Below are positions 21,364-30,307 of a DNA stretch of 32,000 nucleotides, piece after piece. Origin of the DNA: Delftia acidovorans NBRC 14950. GTDB lineage: Bacteria > Pseudomonadota > Gammaproteobacteria > Burkholderiales > Burkholderiaceae_C. The notes below the pieces were generated by a model. The model did not search any database and was not told the DNA's origin. It saw only the letters and a list, made by a program, of their open reading frames with translations. A program made the translations under genes and the position numbers. The stretch lies in NCBI RefSeq assembly GCF_001598795.1, contig NZ_BCZP01000001.1, positions 30,001 through 62,000 on the forward strand, given 5' to 3'. The first letter of the stretch is position 1, and the number at the start of each line of letters is the position of its first letter.

Positions 21364-23892
21364 ATGCCTCAACGGTATTTTTGTGGGAATGCGGCTTCGC
21401 GCCGCTGTGTGCTATCGCTCGCAATGGTCTTGTCCGGCGTGGCGTCACCGGGCTGGGCGCAAGTGCAGCGCAGCTTCATCAATGAAGGCTTTGAATTGCC
21501 GGTACTGAGTTCGGCCACGGACGGAGCCGAGTGCTTCGTGGAAACCTCCAGCGACGAGGTGCCGGGCTGGGAGACGACGCATCCTGATATGAATGGCCGC
21601 GGAAACTGCGCCAGCCCCAGTCACAAGAGCGGCCGCTTGATCGAACTGCGCAAGGGCGCCAGCTCGGGCGGGGGCGTCGTAGCGCGCGAAGGGATTGGGT
21701 TTGCCGAGCTGAATGCGAGCTTGCCATCACGGATCTATCAGAACATCTGCCTGCAAAAAGGTGAAACCATCCGCTGGCAATTCAGCCACCGCGGTCGCTT
21801 GGGCACCGATGTGGCACAACTCAACATTACCAGTGGCAATTCGTCGACAGAGCCGGTGGTAGATATCACTTCCGGAACGGACGGCACGTTTGAGGTACCC
21901 ACCCAGCACCAGAACAACCTGGTGCTTTTCCATCATGATGTGTCTGCGCAGCCCCACATGGCAGGCGCCAACCCCACTGGCTGGGTGGACTACGCCGGCA
22001 GTTTCGCCTATGGAGGGGAGACGGGCGCGGCAAGCCTGGGATTTGAATCCATCAGCGCTGCCGGTGGAGACAAGGCCTACGGCAACTTCCTCGACGGTGT
22101 GCAGATTGGCATCACGCCCTTCGTCGACTTCGTCAGCGCCGCCACGGCGGCACGCGAATCGGAGGGCAACAACCTGCCCCGGCTGCGCATCAACGGCAAC
22201 GTGACCACGGCCTTCGACGTCGTCGTGCGCATTGTGGGCGGAACGGCCATCGGCCCCGGTGGCGCCACCGGAGCGGCGGTGGACTATTCCACGCCGAGTG
22301 GAACGGATACGCTGACCATCCGCATACCGGCGGGCCTGTACGACGGCGCCGGCGCCGGATCGCTGATCGCGCTGCCGGTGAGCATCATCAAGGATTCGGT
22401 CGCGGAGCCCGGCAAGACCATCCGCTTCGCGATCCAGGAAGCTCCCGGCCCGCTTCCCAGCTACCTGCGTGCGTCGAATGCGGCCTGCGGCGATGCACCG
22501 GTGGTGGAGTCCGAGTACACCATCATTGACGGGGGGCTGGATCTTGCCAGAGCCGTTGGCGAGCCTGTGCCGGTTGCCGGATCGCTGTCCCAGTACGACG
22601 TTGCCTACACGGTCAGGGCCAGCAATGCAACGGGTGCCGAACTGGCCTATGACCTGAGCGATGCCCTGGCCACGGATCCCGGCATCGGCTCCGTCAGCGT
22701 GCAGTCCTTGTCCTGTTCCAGCTCGGGTTCGGTTTCCAGTTGTGGCGACAATCTGCCTGGCAAGCTGCCGGCAGGCGCGGGCCCATGGAAGCTGAACCAG
22801 ACGCGGCGCTCACTGGAGAGCGGGGCTGTGGATACCTACACCCTGGTCGTGCGCTTCAGCGTCCTGCCGGCCGCCGGCGTGCGGGCCTGCGCGGGTGCGG
22901 GAACCGGCTTGTTCGGGCTGGCAACGGCCACCGTTCTCAATGGCACGCCAGCCAGCGTGCAGTCCGAGGCCTGCGTCGATACGCCGCCAACTGCGCGCGT
23001 CATGCTGACGCAGCAGGTGGCAAGCCGGGTCGCATCCACGGACCAGTTCCAGGTGAAGATAACCTCGGGCGGCGCCACAGCCGGCATGGCTACCACGGCG
23101 GGTGCTGCTACCAGCGCATCCACCGCGCAAATCGTGGTGCCTGCGGGCGCGGCGCTGCAGTTCACCGAGGTGCTCAAGGCCAATGGCTCCGGGCCTGATC
23201 TGGTGCCAGATGGCTACGTAGCTGAGTTGAGCTGCACCAACGGCTCGGCAGGCTCCACCACGGCGCTGCCGAGCGGGGCCGGCACGGCGACGGCCTCCGC
23301 GCTGCAATGGCCCGCCATCACGCCTGCCGCAGGCGATTTGCTGGACTGCACCGTGGTGAGCACGGCCAGGCCGCCCAAGCTGGTGGTGGGGCTGGAGGCC
23401 AGCGCCAAGCACTCCGAACCCGGCAAGACGGTCAACTACGTCATCACCGTGGGCAATGCCGGGCCGGTGGCGACAACGGCTCCCATCCAGGTGAGGGATG
23501 TGGTCTCTGCAGGGCTGACTCTCGGCAGCTTGCCTGCCGGTTGCACGGCGAGCGGGCAGACGGTGAGCTGCGAGATCGCTGCGGGCCTGCCTGGGCGGGC
23601 GCCAGGTGCAGTCACTGCGGTTGGCCGGGCGGCAGAGATCAGGTTCACCATTCCCGTGACCGTGACACCTGGCGCGACTTCGGGCGGCAATACGGTTCAG
23701 GTGTGGGGCGGCGGAGATCCCGCGTGTACCGAGGCATCGCCTTGCTCAGCGAGCGCGAGCTTCTCGCTGCCCGCGCCCGGCGCGAGGCCGGTGCCGGTGG
23801 ACTCGCGCAGCATGCTGGGTCTGCTGGGCATGGCGCTGGCAGCCTTTGCCGCGCTGCAACTGCGCGGCAGGTCTGCCCGACGGCCTGGGTAA
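21364..23892 (+). CDS. Large secreted multi-domain surface protein: lectin-like beta-sandwich, Calx-beta-like module, Ig-like/DUF11-like repeats and a C-terminal IPTL/PEP-CTERM-like sorting tail
   Basis: Strong SD GGGAGGG lies 4 nt before the ATG at 21364. Signal peptide is MPQRYFCGNAASRRCVLSLAMVLSGVASPGWA|QV. The N-domain ends in GNFLDGVQI, and a Calx-beta-like stretch reads VGGTAIG...VDYS...IIKDSVAEPGKTIRFAI. A DUF11-like repeat reads KTVNYVITVGNAGPVATTAPIQVRDVVSAGLTLG, and the C-terminus is PVPVDS + hydrophobic helix + RGRSARRPG. An alternative start is the ATG at 21352. Confidence 0.8.
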   Translation: MPQRYFCGNAASRRCVLSLAMVLSGVASPGWAQVQRSFINEGFELPVLSSATDGAECFVETSSDEVPGWETTHPDMNGRGNCASPSHKSGRLIELRKGASSGGGVVAREGIGFAELNASLPSRIYQNICLQKGETIRWQFSHRGRLGTDVAQLNITSGNSSTEPVVDITSGTDGTFEVPTQHQNNLVLFHHDVSAQPHMAGANPTGWVDYAGSFAYGGETGAASLGFESISAAGGDKAYGNFLDGVQIGITPFVDFVSAATAARESEGNNLPRLRINGNVTTAFDVVVRIVGGTAIGPGGATGAAVDYSTPSGTDTLTIRIPAGLYDGAGAGSLIALPVSIIKDSVAEPGKTIRFAIQEAPGPLPSYLRASNAACGDAPVVESEYTIIDGGLDLARAVGEPVPVAGSLSQYDVAYTVRASNATGAELAYDLSDALATDPGIGSVSVQSLSCSSSGSVSSCGDNLPGKLPAGAGPWKLNQTRRSLESGAVDTYTLVVRFSVLPAAGVRACAGAGTGLFGLATATVLNGTPASVQSEACVDTPPTARVMLTQQVASRVASTDQFQVKITSGGATAGMATTAGAATSASTAQIVVPAGAALQFTEVLKANGSGPDLVPDGYVAELSCTNGSAGSTTALPSGAGTATASALQWPAITPAAGDLLDCTVVSTARPPKLVVGLEASAKHSEPGKTVNYVITVGNAGPVATTAPIQVRDVVSAGLTLGSLPAGCTASGQTVSCEIAAGLPGRAPGAVTAVGRAAEIRFTIPVTVTPGATSGGNTVQVWGGGDPACTEASPCSASASFSLPAPGARPVPVDSRSMLGLLGMALAAFAALQLRGRSARRPG

Positions 23893-23918
23893 GCCAGCTC
23901 TCTGGACTGAGCCTGCCA

Positions 23919-23962
23919 GCCCCGGGGCCCGCCGAATGTGTGGCGGGCCCCGGGGCCTTTTT
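23919..23962 (+). terminator. Strong Rho-independent terminator after the surface-protein gene
   Basis: A perfect 15-bp stem, GCCCCGGGGCCCGCC gaatgtgt GGCGGGCCCCGGGGC, followed by CTTTTT. Confidence 0.85.
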
Positions 23963-24888
23963 CATGGCGAGGGGGTCACCGTTTGCGCAGGCACGGCACC
24001 CGGTGCGGCCTGCTCCAGCAGCCATGCGCGGAACTGCACAAACGCTTCGGAAGGCATCCGCGCAGCCGGCCGGCACAGAAAGTAGCCGCGTTCGATGTGG
24101 ACGGGTGCAGGCAAGGCAAGGGCCACGCGGCCGGCGGCCAGGTCTTCCTCCACCAGGCAGCGCTGCACCAGGGCCACGCCCATGCCGGCGGCCACGGCCT
24201 GGACCAGCAGGGCCACCAGTTCGAAGTCCGCCGCTGGTGCGGGGCACGGCCCGGGCAGGCCGAGGTGGCTCATCCAGCGCGCCCAGTTGCCCGGATAGTT
24301 GGTGTGAAACAGCAAGGGGCGCGCGAGCACATCTGCTGCGCTGCGAATGGCTTGCGGGCCCTGCAATTCCCGCGGATGGCAGATGGGCACCAGATCGCGG
24401 CCCACCACATAGTCGGCCACCACATGGGCGGGCCAGGGCTCGCTGCCCACGCGCAGCCAGCCGTCGATCTCGGCGGCGGACAGCGGGTCATCGCGCCGGT
24501 AGGGGGCGAACGAAAGGACGATGCCCGGATGCAGGGCATTGAATCGCGGCAGGCGTGGAATCAGCCAGTGGCTGAACAGCGTGGGAACGACCGACAACCG
24601 CAGTTGCGGGCCGAAGTGGCGCCTGCGTGCGGCGGCCGAGGCCGATTCGATGGCGTGTACGGAGGGCTCCACGGCTTGCAGGTATTCACGGCCAGCCTCG
24701 GTCAGCACGCTGCGCCGGCCCTGGCGCTCGAAGAGGGCAAAGCCCAGGTGCTCTTCCAGCCGGGCGATGGCGCGGCTAATGCCGCCCTGGGTGACATACA
24801 GCTCCTGGGCTGCCAGCGAGTAGCTGCCCAGGCGCGCCGCCGCCGCAAAGGCGTGCAGCTCGGAAAGCGAGGGAGAGTGCATGCGCAT
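23962..24888 (-). CDS. LysR-family transcriptional regulator
   Basis: N-terminal wHTH LSELHAFAAAARLGSYSLAAQELYVTQGGISRAIARLEEHLG with a C-terminal substrate-binding fold. It is divergent from the Bug gene. The start is at 24888 or the ATG at 24882. Confidence 0.9.
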   Translation of the reverse strand: MRMHSPSLSELHAFAAAARLGSYSLAAQELYVTQGGISRAIARLEEHLGFALFERQGRRSVLTEAGREYLQAVEPSVHAIESASAAARRRHFGPQLRLSVVPTLFSHWLIPRLPRFNALHPGIVLSFAPYRRDDPLSAAEIDGWLRVGSEPWPAHVVADYVVGRDLVPICHPRELQGPQAIRSAADVLARPLLFHTNYPGNWARWMSHLGLPGPCPAPAADFELVALLVQAVAAGMGVALVQRCLVEEDLAAGRVALALPAPVHIERGYFLCRPAARMPSEAFVQFRAWLLEQAAPGAVPAQTVTPSP

Positions 24889-24901
24889 GACGGACGCAAT
24901 T

Positions 24902-24916
24902 ATGACGGTTTGTCAT
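24902..24916. promoter_or_regulatory. LysR-type T-N11-A operator palindrome
   Basis: ATGAC-GGTTT-GTCAT is a perfect dyad containing T-N11-A. It lies 14 nt from the LysR start codon, in the divergent intergenic region. Confidence 0.5.
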
Positions 24917-25036
24917 AGTTGCTTGCCGTCTTGTCTCTTTTCGCGCGTGCGGCGGCTGTCCAGAATCGGCGCCTGTTCCGCGAAGCCCTGCCCTGCAGCA
25001 GGCCGCTCTTTCATCCATCACGAGAGGAAACACACC

Positions 25037-26029
25037 ATGGCAATGCGCCGCACCCTGTTGTCCAGCCTGGCCGCCTGCGCCGCCACTGCTCTTTTGGCTC
25101 CCGTCGCCTGGGCCCAGGGCCCGGCTGCCGACTATCCCAGCCGGCCGATCCGCCTGGTCGTGCCGTTTGGCGCGGGCGGCTCCACCGATATGGTGGCGCG
25201 TCTGCTGGCCGAGAAGATGAGCGTGATCCTGGGCAAGTCCGTGGTGGTGGACAACCGGGGCGGGGCGGGCGGCTCCATTGGCGCCTCCGAAATTGCGCGT
25301 GCTGCGGCCGATGGCTACACCATCGGCATGGCTACGGTGAGCACGCATGGCTCCAACCCGGCCATCTTCCGCAAGCTGCCCTACGACCCGATCAAGGACT
25401 TCGCGCCCATCACCAATGTGATGTCCGTGCCCAGCGTGTTCGTGATCAACGCCAGCGTGCCCGCCAAGACCATGAAGGAGTTCATCGCCCTGGCCAAGGC
25501 CAACCCGGGCAAGTACAGCTTTGCCTCGCCGGGCACAGGTTCCCTGGGCCACGCCAACATCGAGAATTTCATGAACCTGGCCGGTATCGACCTGCTGCAC
25601 ATCCCCTACAAGGGTGCGGGCCAGGCCATCACCGACGCGCTGGGCGGCCAGGTCAATGCCATGACGGACAACCTGCCCTCCACGCTGCCCCACATCAAGG
25701 ACGGCAAGCTGCGCCCGCTGGCCGTGCTGGCCTTCAAGCGCGCCGACGTGCTGCCCGACGTGCCCACCTACACCGAGCTGGGCTTCCCGCAGATGGGCGA
25801 CGGCGGCTGGTTCGGCTTGGTCGCACCTGCCGGCACGCCGCGCCCCATCATCGACAAGCTCAATGCGGCTGCGCACAAGGCCATGGCCATGCCTGACTAC
25901 CTGGAAAAGCAAAAATCCATCTCGGGCGAGTCCATGGGCAACACGCCCGAGGAATTTGCCAAGCAGATCAAGGCCGCCATCGAGCGCTACACGGCCGTGG
26001 CCAAGCGCGCCAACATCAAGCTCGACTGA
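25037..26029 (+). CDS. Bug-family (TctC-like) periplasmic tripartite tricarboxylate transporter substrate-binding protein
   Basis: Signal peptide MAMRRTLLSSLAACAATALLAPVAWA|Q. PIRLVVPFGAGGSTD is typical of Bug proteins. RBS GAGAGGA precedes the ATG at 25037; 330 aa. Confidence 0.9.
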   Translation: MAMRRTLLSSLAACAATALLAPVAWAQGPAADYPSRPIRLVVPFGAGGSTDMVARLLAEKMSVILGKSVVVDNRGGAGGSIGASEIARAAADGYTIGMATVSTHGSNPAIFRKLPYDPIKDFAPITNVMSVPSVFVINASVPAKTMKEFIALAKANPGKYSFASPGTGSLGHANIENFMNLAGIDLLHIPYKGAGQAITDALGGQVNAMTDNLPSTLPHIKDGKLRPLAVLAFKRADVLPDVPTYTELGFPQMGDGGWFGLVAPAGTPRPIIDKLNAAAHKAMAMPDYLEKQKSISGESMGNTPEEFAKQIKAAIERYTAVAKRANIKLD

Positions 26030-26934
26030 TGGACCGCATGGCACAGACCGATTTTCTGCGCCCCCGGCCGGACACCCCGGTCGTGGTGCATCCCGCCACC
26101 GGCGAAGTGCTGCCCATCGTCTGCGACTCGCCGCACAGCGGCACGTCCTATCCCGAGGATTTCGGCCATGCCGTGCCCATGTCCCTGCTGCGCCGTGGCG
26201 AGGACACGCATGTGGCCGCGCTCTGGGACCAGTGGCCCGCGCATGGCGCAACGCTGATCGAGGCCACCTTTCCGCGCACCTACATCGACCCCAACCGCAG
26301 CGAGGCCGACCTGGACCCCGCCCAGATCGATGGCCAGTGGCCCGTGCCCCTGGCGCCCAGCGTCAAGACCCGCCAGGGCCTGGGCCTGATCTGGCAGCGC
26401 ATCAGCCGCGACGGCGTGGCCACGCCGCTGTATGAACGCCCGCGCACGGTGGCCGAGGTGGAGCACCGCATCGCGCGCTACTGGCGTCCCTACCATGCGG
26501 CGCTGGCGCAGGCCATCGATGACAGCGTGCAGCGCTTTGGCGGCGTCTGGCACCTGAACCTGCACTCCATGCCCAACGATGTCTACAAGCGCCTGGGCCG
26601 TACCGACGCGCCGCCGCTGGCCGACTTCGTGCTGGGCGACCGCGACGGCACGACCTGCGCGCCCGAGTTCATCCAGCTGGTGGGCGAGACGCTGGCGGGC
26701 TTTGGCTACAGCGTGGCCTACAACGAGCCCTACAAGGGCGTGGAGCTGATCGGCCGTATAGGCCAGCCCCACCTGGGCCGGCACAGCCTGCAGATCGAGA
26801 TCCGCCGGCCGGTCTATATGGACGAGGACACGCGCGAGCCCAACGCGGGCTTCGAGCCGCTGCGCGGCCATCTGCGTGAGCTGATGGCCGTGGTCGCGGC
26901 GCATGTGCGCGCTGAAATGGCCGGGCGAGGCTAG
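26029..26934 (+). CDS. N-formylglutamate amidohydrolase (FGase) family hydrolase
   Basis: 301 aa. VCDSPHSG...DPNR...WHLNLHSMP matches my recollection of the FGase-family metal-binding pattern. The start overlaps the Bug gene stop (TGATG). Confidence 0.75.
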   Translation: MDRMAQTDFLRPRPDTPVVVHPATGEVLPIVCDSPHSGTSYPEDFGHAVPMSLLRRGEDTHVAALWDQWPAHGATLIEATFPRTYIDPNRSEADLDPAQIDGQWPVPLAPSVKTRQGLGLIWQRISRDGVATPLYERPRTVAEVEHRIARYWRPYHAALAQAIDDSVQRFGGVWHLNLHSMPNDVYKRLGRTDAPPLADFVLGDRDGTTCAPEFIQLVGETLAGFGYSVAYNEPYKGVELIGRIGQPHLGRHSLQIEIRRPVYMDEDTREPNAGFEPLRGHLRELMAVVAAHVRAEMAGRG

Positions 26935-29438
26935 GCCGGGCTGGCGGGGTCGCCGGGCATGGGCGGCGTGCCTGGCGAGCCCGGCATGCCTGCCACCACC
27001 GGCGCCGCCACCGAGGTGGTGGCCGGTGGCGACAGGTACAGGCCCGCGCCCTTGAGCGAGGCCAGGATGCTGAACAGCACATCGCTGCGCACCCCGCCCG
27101 CATTGCGCGGGTTGCCCACGTAGCCGATGGCCAGGAAGGTCAGCGTGCCGTTGGCAATGCCTTCGAGCTGCACCAGAGGTTCGGGCGTGTCCAGGATGCC
27201 TTCATGCGTGCGAAAGGCTTCCAATATCAGGGTGCGCATGCGTTCGGCATCGGTGTCCAGCGGTGCGGGCAGGCGCAGCAGCACGCGCCCGGGCGCGCCA
27301 GCCAGCGTCATGTTGCGCACGGTCTTGGTGATGAATTCCGAGTTGGGCACTATGACGGTGGAGCGGTCGCCCAGCTGGATCTCAGTGGCGCGCACGTTGA
27401 CGCGGCGCACATCGCCCTCGGTATCGCCCAGCACCACCCAGTCGCCCACTTTCACGGGCCGCTCGGCCAGCAGGATCAGGCCCGAGATGAAGTTCTGCAC
27501 GATGGCCTGCAGGCCAAAGCCAATGCCCACCGACAGCGCGCTGGCCACCCAGGCAATGCGCTCCACGCTGATGCCCAGCCCCGCCAGCGCCACGGCCACC
27601 ACGAAGATGCCGCCCACATAGCCCAGCAGCGTGGTGATGGAGCTGCGCATGCCCGGCTCCAGCGAGGTGTTGGGGAAGTAGCGGTCCGTCAGCCAGCGCT
27701 TGATCACGCGGATCACGATCAGGCCCGTGACAATCACGGCGAATGCGGTGAACAGGGCCTGCGGCGCCATGGTGAAGTCGCCCACCTTGAGGCTGTGGTT
27801 CACCGTGCTGCCGCGGCGAAACACCTCGTCCGGCCCCGTGCCCAGCGGGGCCAGCAGGGCGATCACCATGTAGAACAACAGGGCCACGCGCAGCAGGCCC
27901 GAGACCAGGACCGAGGCCTGGTCCAGCAGCCGGCCCTCGATGCCCAGGCTCTGGTTCAGCCGGGTGCCGAAGCTGCCCTTGGACGACAGCAGGGCCTCGC
28001 ACAGATCGTCGCCCAGCTGGAACAGCAGGTAGGTGGTGGCAAAGACCACGCCGGTCCACACCATCTGGCGCGCCAGCGTTCCGGCCAGCGCCACGTAGCC
28101 GGTCACGGCCAGCGCAATGGTGGCAATGCTGGCCACCGCCGCACAGGCCACGAGCAGGCCCACCCACAAGGGCCGGGGCGGCACGGGCTCTGCCTGGGCG
28201 CCGTCTTCCTGCGTGACCGGCGCCGGCGCGCGCAGATGCCGCAGGGCCAGCATGACCACGGCCGAAATCAGCAGGGCCGACAGGGCGTGCACCGTGACCT
28301 CGGCGGCCAGGCTGGCGCCGATGATGGCGTTGACCTCGGTCACCAGGCCGTTGAGCGCGGCTCCGGCGGCAATCCACCAGGGATAGGGGCTGAGCCGCTC
28401 GGCCAGCTCGTCCGACACGCCGGGCAGGCGCCAGGAACTGCGCCTGCGCGACAGCAGGGTCTGGCCCAGCGACACCACGAATGCACCGAACAGCGTGACC
28501 TGCACACTGGCCTTGGCCAGCGCGTCCAGCGATTCGCTGAAGCCATCGCCGGCCTTGAGCACGCTCCAGGCCAGTTGCGCTGCCAGGCCGATCAGCAGCG
28601 TGTTGATCAGCACGGTGGCCGCCGCGCGCAACGAGCGGCGCAGGCGGCCGCTGGGCAGGCGCGCGGGCGCGGCGCGCACCAGCAGACGCTCGGCCAGCCA
28701 GGGGCCGAGCAGGGCGATCAGCAAGGCGGCGGCCAGGCTGGCGATGAAGCCGCCCCGGCGATCGGACGCCATGGTGGAGGCGACGGCCTGGCGCAGCTCG
28801 CGCCCCAGGCCCTGCAGGCGCGCCGCGTCCAAAGGCGCGGCAGCGCGCAGGTTGCGCCAGAAGGGCCGGCCCAGCGGCGAGTCGGTGCGGGCCGTCAGCG
28901 CGGCCTGGAATTGTTCGCGGCGCTGGCGTATCAGCTCGTTGCCGCGCTGGTCGGCATCGACCGACACCAGCCGCGCGAGTTTGAGTTCGGAATCCACGGC
29001 GCTGCGCTGCCTGGCCAGGCTGGCGCGCTGCTCGGCCACATCGGGCGCATCGGCAGGGGCGCCTTTTTCGGGCGCGGGGCCCAGGCCGGCCAGGCGCGAA
29101 TCGATGTCGGCCAGTTCCTCGGTGCGGCGGGCCGCCACCTGGTCGGCCGCAGTGCCTATGGCCGCAGCCTCGTCCAGCAGCTTGCGGCCGTCATCGTCCT
29201 CGGCCAGCTTGCGGGGAATGGCGTCCAGCTGCTTGCGCAGATCGTCCACGCTGGGCAGGGCGGGCCGGCCGTCGGGCGCCGCCGTGGCCTCCGCTGCCGT
29301 GCGGTCCTGCGCATGGGCCGGAGCGGGCGCAGTGAGGACCAGCATGGCCAGGACCATCAGGCCGGTGGCCAGGCATTGGCGCAAGGCCTGCGCCCACGTA
29401 GGGCGCAGCGGGAGAGGGCACGGGCGGGGCGGTGTCAT
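26931..29438 (-). CDS. MscK/KefA-like mechanosensitive ion channel (MscS superfamily)
   Basis: 835 aa. It has a signal-like N-terminus, a long charged coiled-coil periplasmic region and about 10 TM helices. The MscS core reads VKVGDWVVLGDTEGDVRRVNVRATEIQLGDRSTVIVPNSEFI. Confidence 0.85.
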   Translation of the reverse strand: MTPPRPCPLPLRPTWAQALRQCLATGLMVLAMLVLTAPAPAHAQDRTAAEATAAPDGRPALPSVDDLRKQLDAIPRKLAEDDDGRKLLDEAAAIGTAADQVAARRTEELADIDSRLAGLGPAPEKGAPADAPDVAEQRASLARQRSAVDSELKLARLVSVDADQRGNELIRQRREQFQAALTARTDSPLGRPFWRNLRAAAPLDAARLQGLGRELRQAVASTMASDRRGGFIASLAAALLIALLGPWLAERLLVRAAPARLPSGRLRRSLRAAATVLINTLLIGLAAQLAWSVLKAGDGFSESLDALAKASVQVTLFGAFVVSLGQTLLSRRRSSWRLPGVSDELAERLSPYPWWIAAGAALNGLVTEVNAIIGASLAAEVTVHALSALLISAVVMLALRHLRAPAPVTQEDGAQAEPVPPRPLWVGLLVACAAVASIATIALAVTGYVALAGTLARQMVWTGVVFATTYLLFQLGDDLCEALLSSKGSFGTRLNQSLGIEGRLLDQASVLVSGLLRVALLFYMVIALLAPLGTGPDEVFRRGSTVNHSLKVGDFTMAPQALFTAFAVIVTGLIVIRVIKRWLTDRYFPNTSLEPGMRSSITTLLGYVGGIFVVAVALAGLGISVERIAWVASALSVGIGFGLQAIVQNFISGLILLAERPVKVGDWVVLGDTEGDVRRVNVRATEIQLGDRSTVIVPNSEFITKTVRNMTLAGAPGRVLLRLPAPLDTDAERMRTLILEAFRTHEGILDTPEPLVQLEGIANGTLTFLAIGYVGNPRNAGGVRSDVLFSILASLKGAGLYLSPPATTSVAAPVVAGMPGSPGTPPMPGDPASPA

Positions 29439-29510
29439 GGACGCACATTGTGCGGCGGGCCGCCGCGACGGTTGTTTCCAAAGGTCCGGCCCCGCCAGCC
29501 GGCAGCCGTC

Positions 29511-30275
29511 TCAGCGCGATGCGGGACTGAACATATCGACACGGTCGGTGATGACGCCGTCCGTGCCCAGGTCGATCAGGCGCTGCGCGGCCCATTCATC
29601 GTTGACCGTATAGCTGCTGCAGCGCAGGCCCGCGCCATGCACCTTGGCCACCAGAGCGGCATCCCACAGCGCATGGTTGAGCACCATGGCCGCGCAGCCC
29701 AGGTCCAGCGCGGTGCGCAGGTCGGCATCGCCCGTGGCATCGGCCAGCTTGTCCACCAGCAGGCCCCGCGGAATGTGCGGTGCCGTATCGCGTGCGCCCT
29801 TGAGCGCATCGGTCTTGAACGAGGTGAACAGCGGCTGGATGCGGTCCCTGGGCCAGATGCGGTTCATCAGCTCGCCCGTGGCGCGGCCCGTGGCCTCTTC
29901 CTGGCCCGGCGTGGGCTTGATCTCCGCGTTCAGGAAGAAGTGGTTGGCCAGGCACCAGCGCGCCAGGGCTTCCAGCGTGGGCAGGGCCTCGCCCGCAAAG
30001 GCGCGCGAGTGCCAGCTGCCGGCGTCCAGCTGGGCGATCTCGCCCATGGACAGGTCGCCACCCGTGCCGTGGCCGTTGGTGGTGCGCTCCAGCGTGGCGT
30101 CGTGCATCAGGAACAGCACGCCGTCGGCAGACAGCTTGGCATCGCACTCGAACATGCGATAGCCGTGCGCGGCGCCCAGGCGGAAGGCGGCCATGGTGTT
30201 CTCGGGCGCCAGCTTGCCGGCGCCACGGTGGGCCACCCATAGGGGGTAGGGCCAGGATTTCAGGTTCGCGGTCAT
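29511..30275 (-). CDS. ugpQ: Glycerophosphodiester phosphodiesterase
   Basis: GDPD motif VAHRGAGKLAPENT; 254 aa, downstream of ugpC. Confidence 0.85.
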   Translation of the reverse strand: MTANLKSWPYPLWVAHRGAGKLAPENTMAAFRLGAAHGYRMFECDAKLSADGVLFLMHDATLERTTNGHGTGGDLSMGEIAQLDAGSWHSRAFAGEALPTLEALARWCLANHFFLNAEIKPTPGQEEATGRATGELMNRIWPRDRIQPLFTSFKTDALKGARDTAPHIPRGLLVDKLADATGDADLRTALDLGCAAMVLNHALWDAALVAKVHGAGLRCSSYTVNDEWAAQRLIDLGTDGVITDRVDMFSPASR

Positions 30276-30307
30276 GGCGAGTCCGTCAAAAGAAGGGAGT
30301 TTGGATG

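Noticed and set aside
24776-26251. 491-aa minus-strand ORF
   Set aside because: It is antisense to the Bug binding-protein gene and overlaps the LysR start. The translation is Gly/Arg/His-rich junk.
27204-30242. 1012-aa ORF on the plus strand, the longest in the track
   Set aside because: It runs antisense to the well-supported MscK-like and ugpQ genes. Its translation is low-complexity Arg/Gly/Ala/His/Gln-rich with no motifs. Stop-free antisense frames are expected at this GC content.
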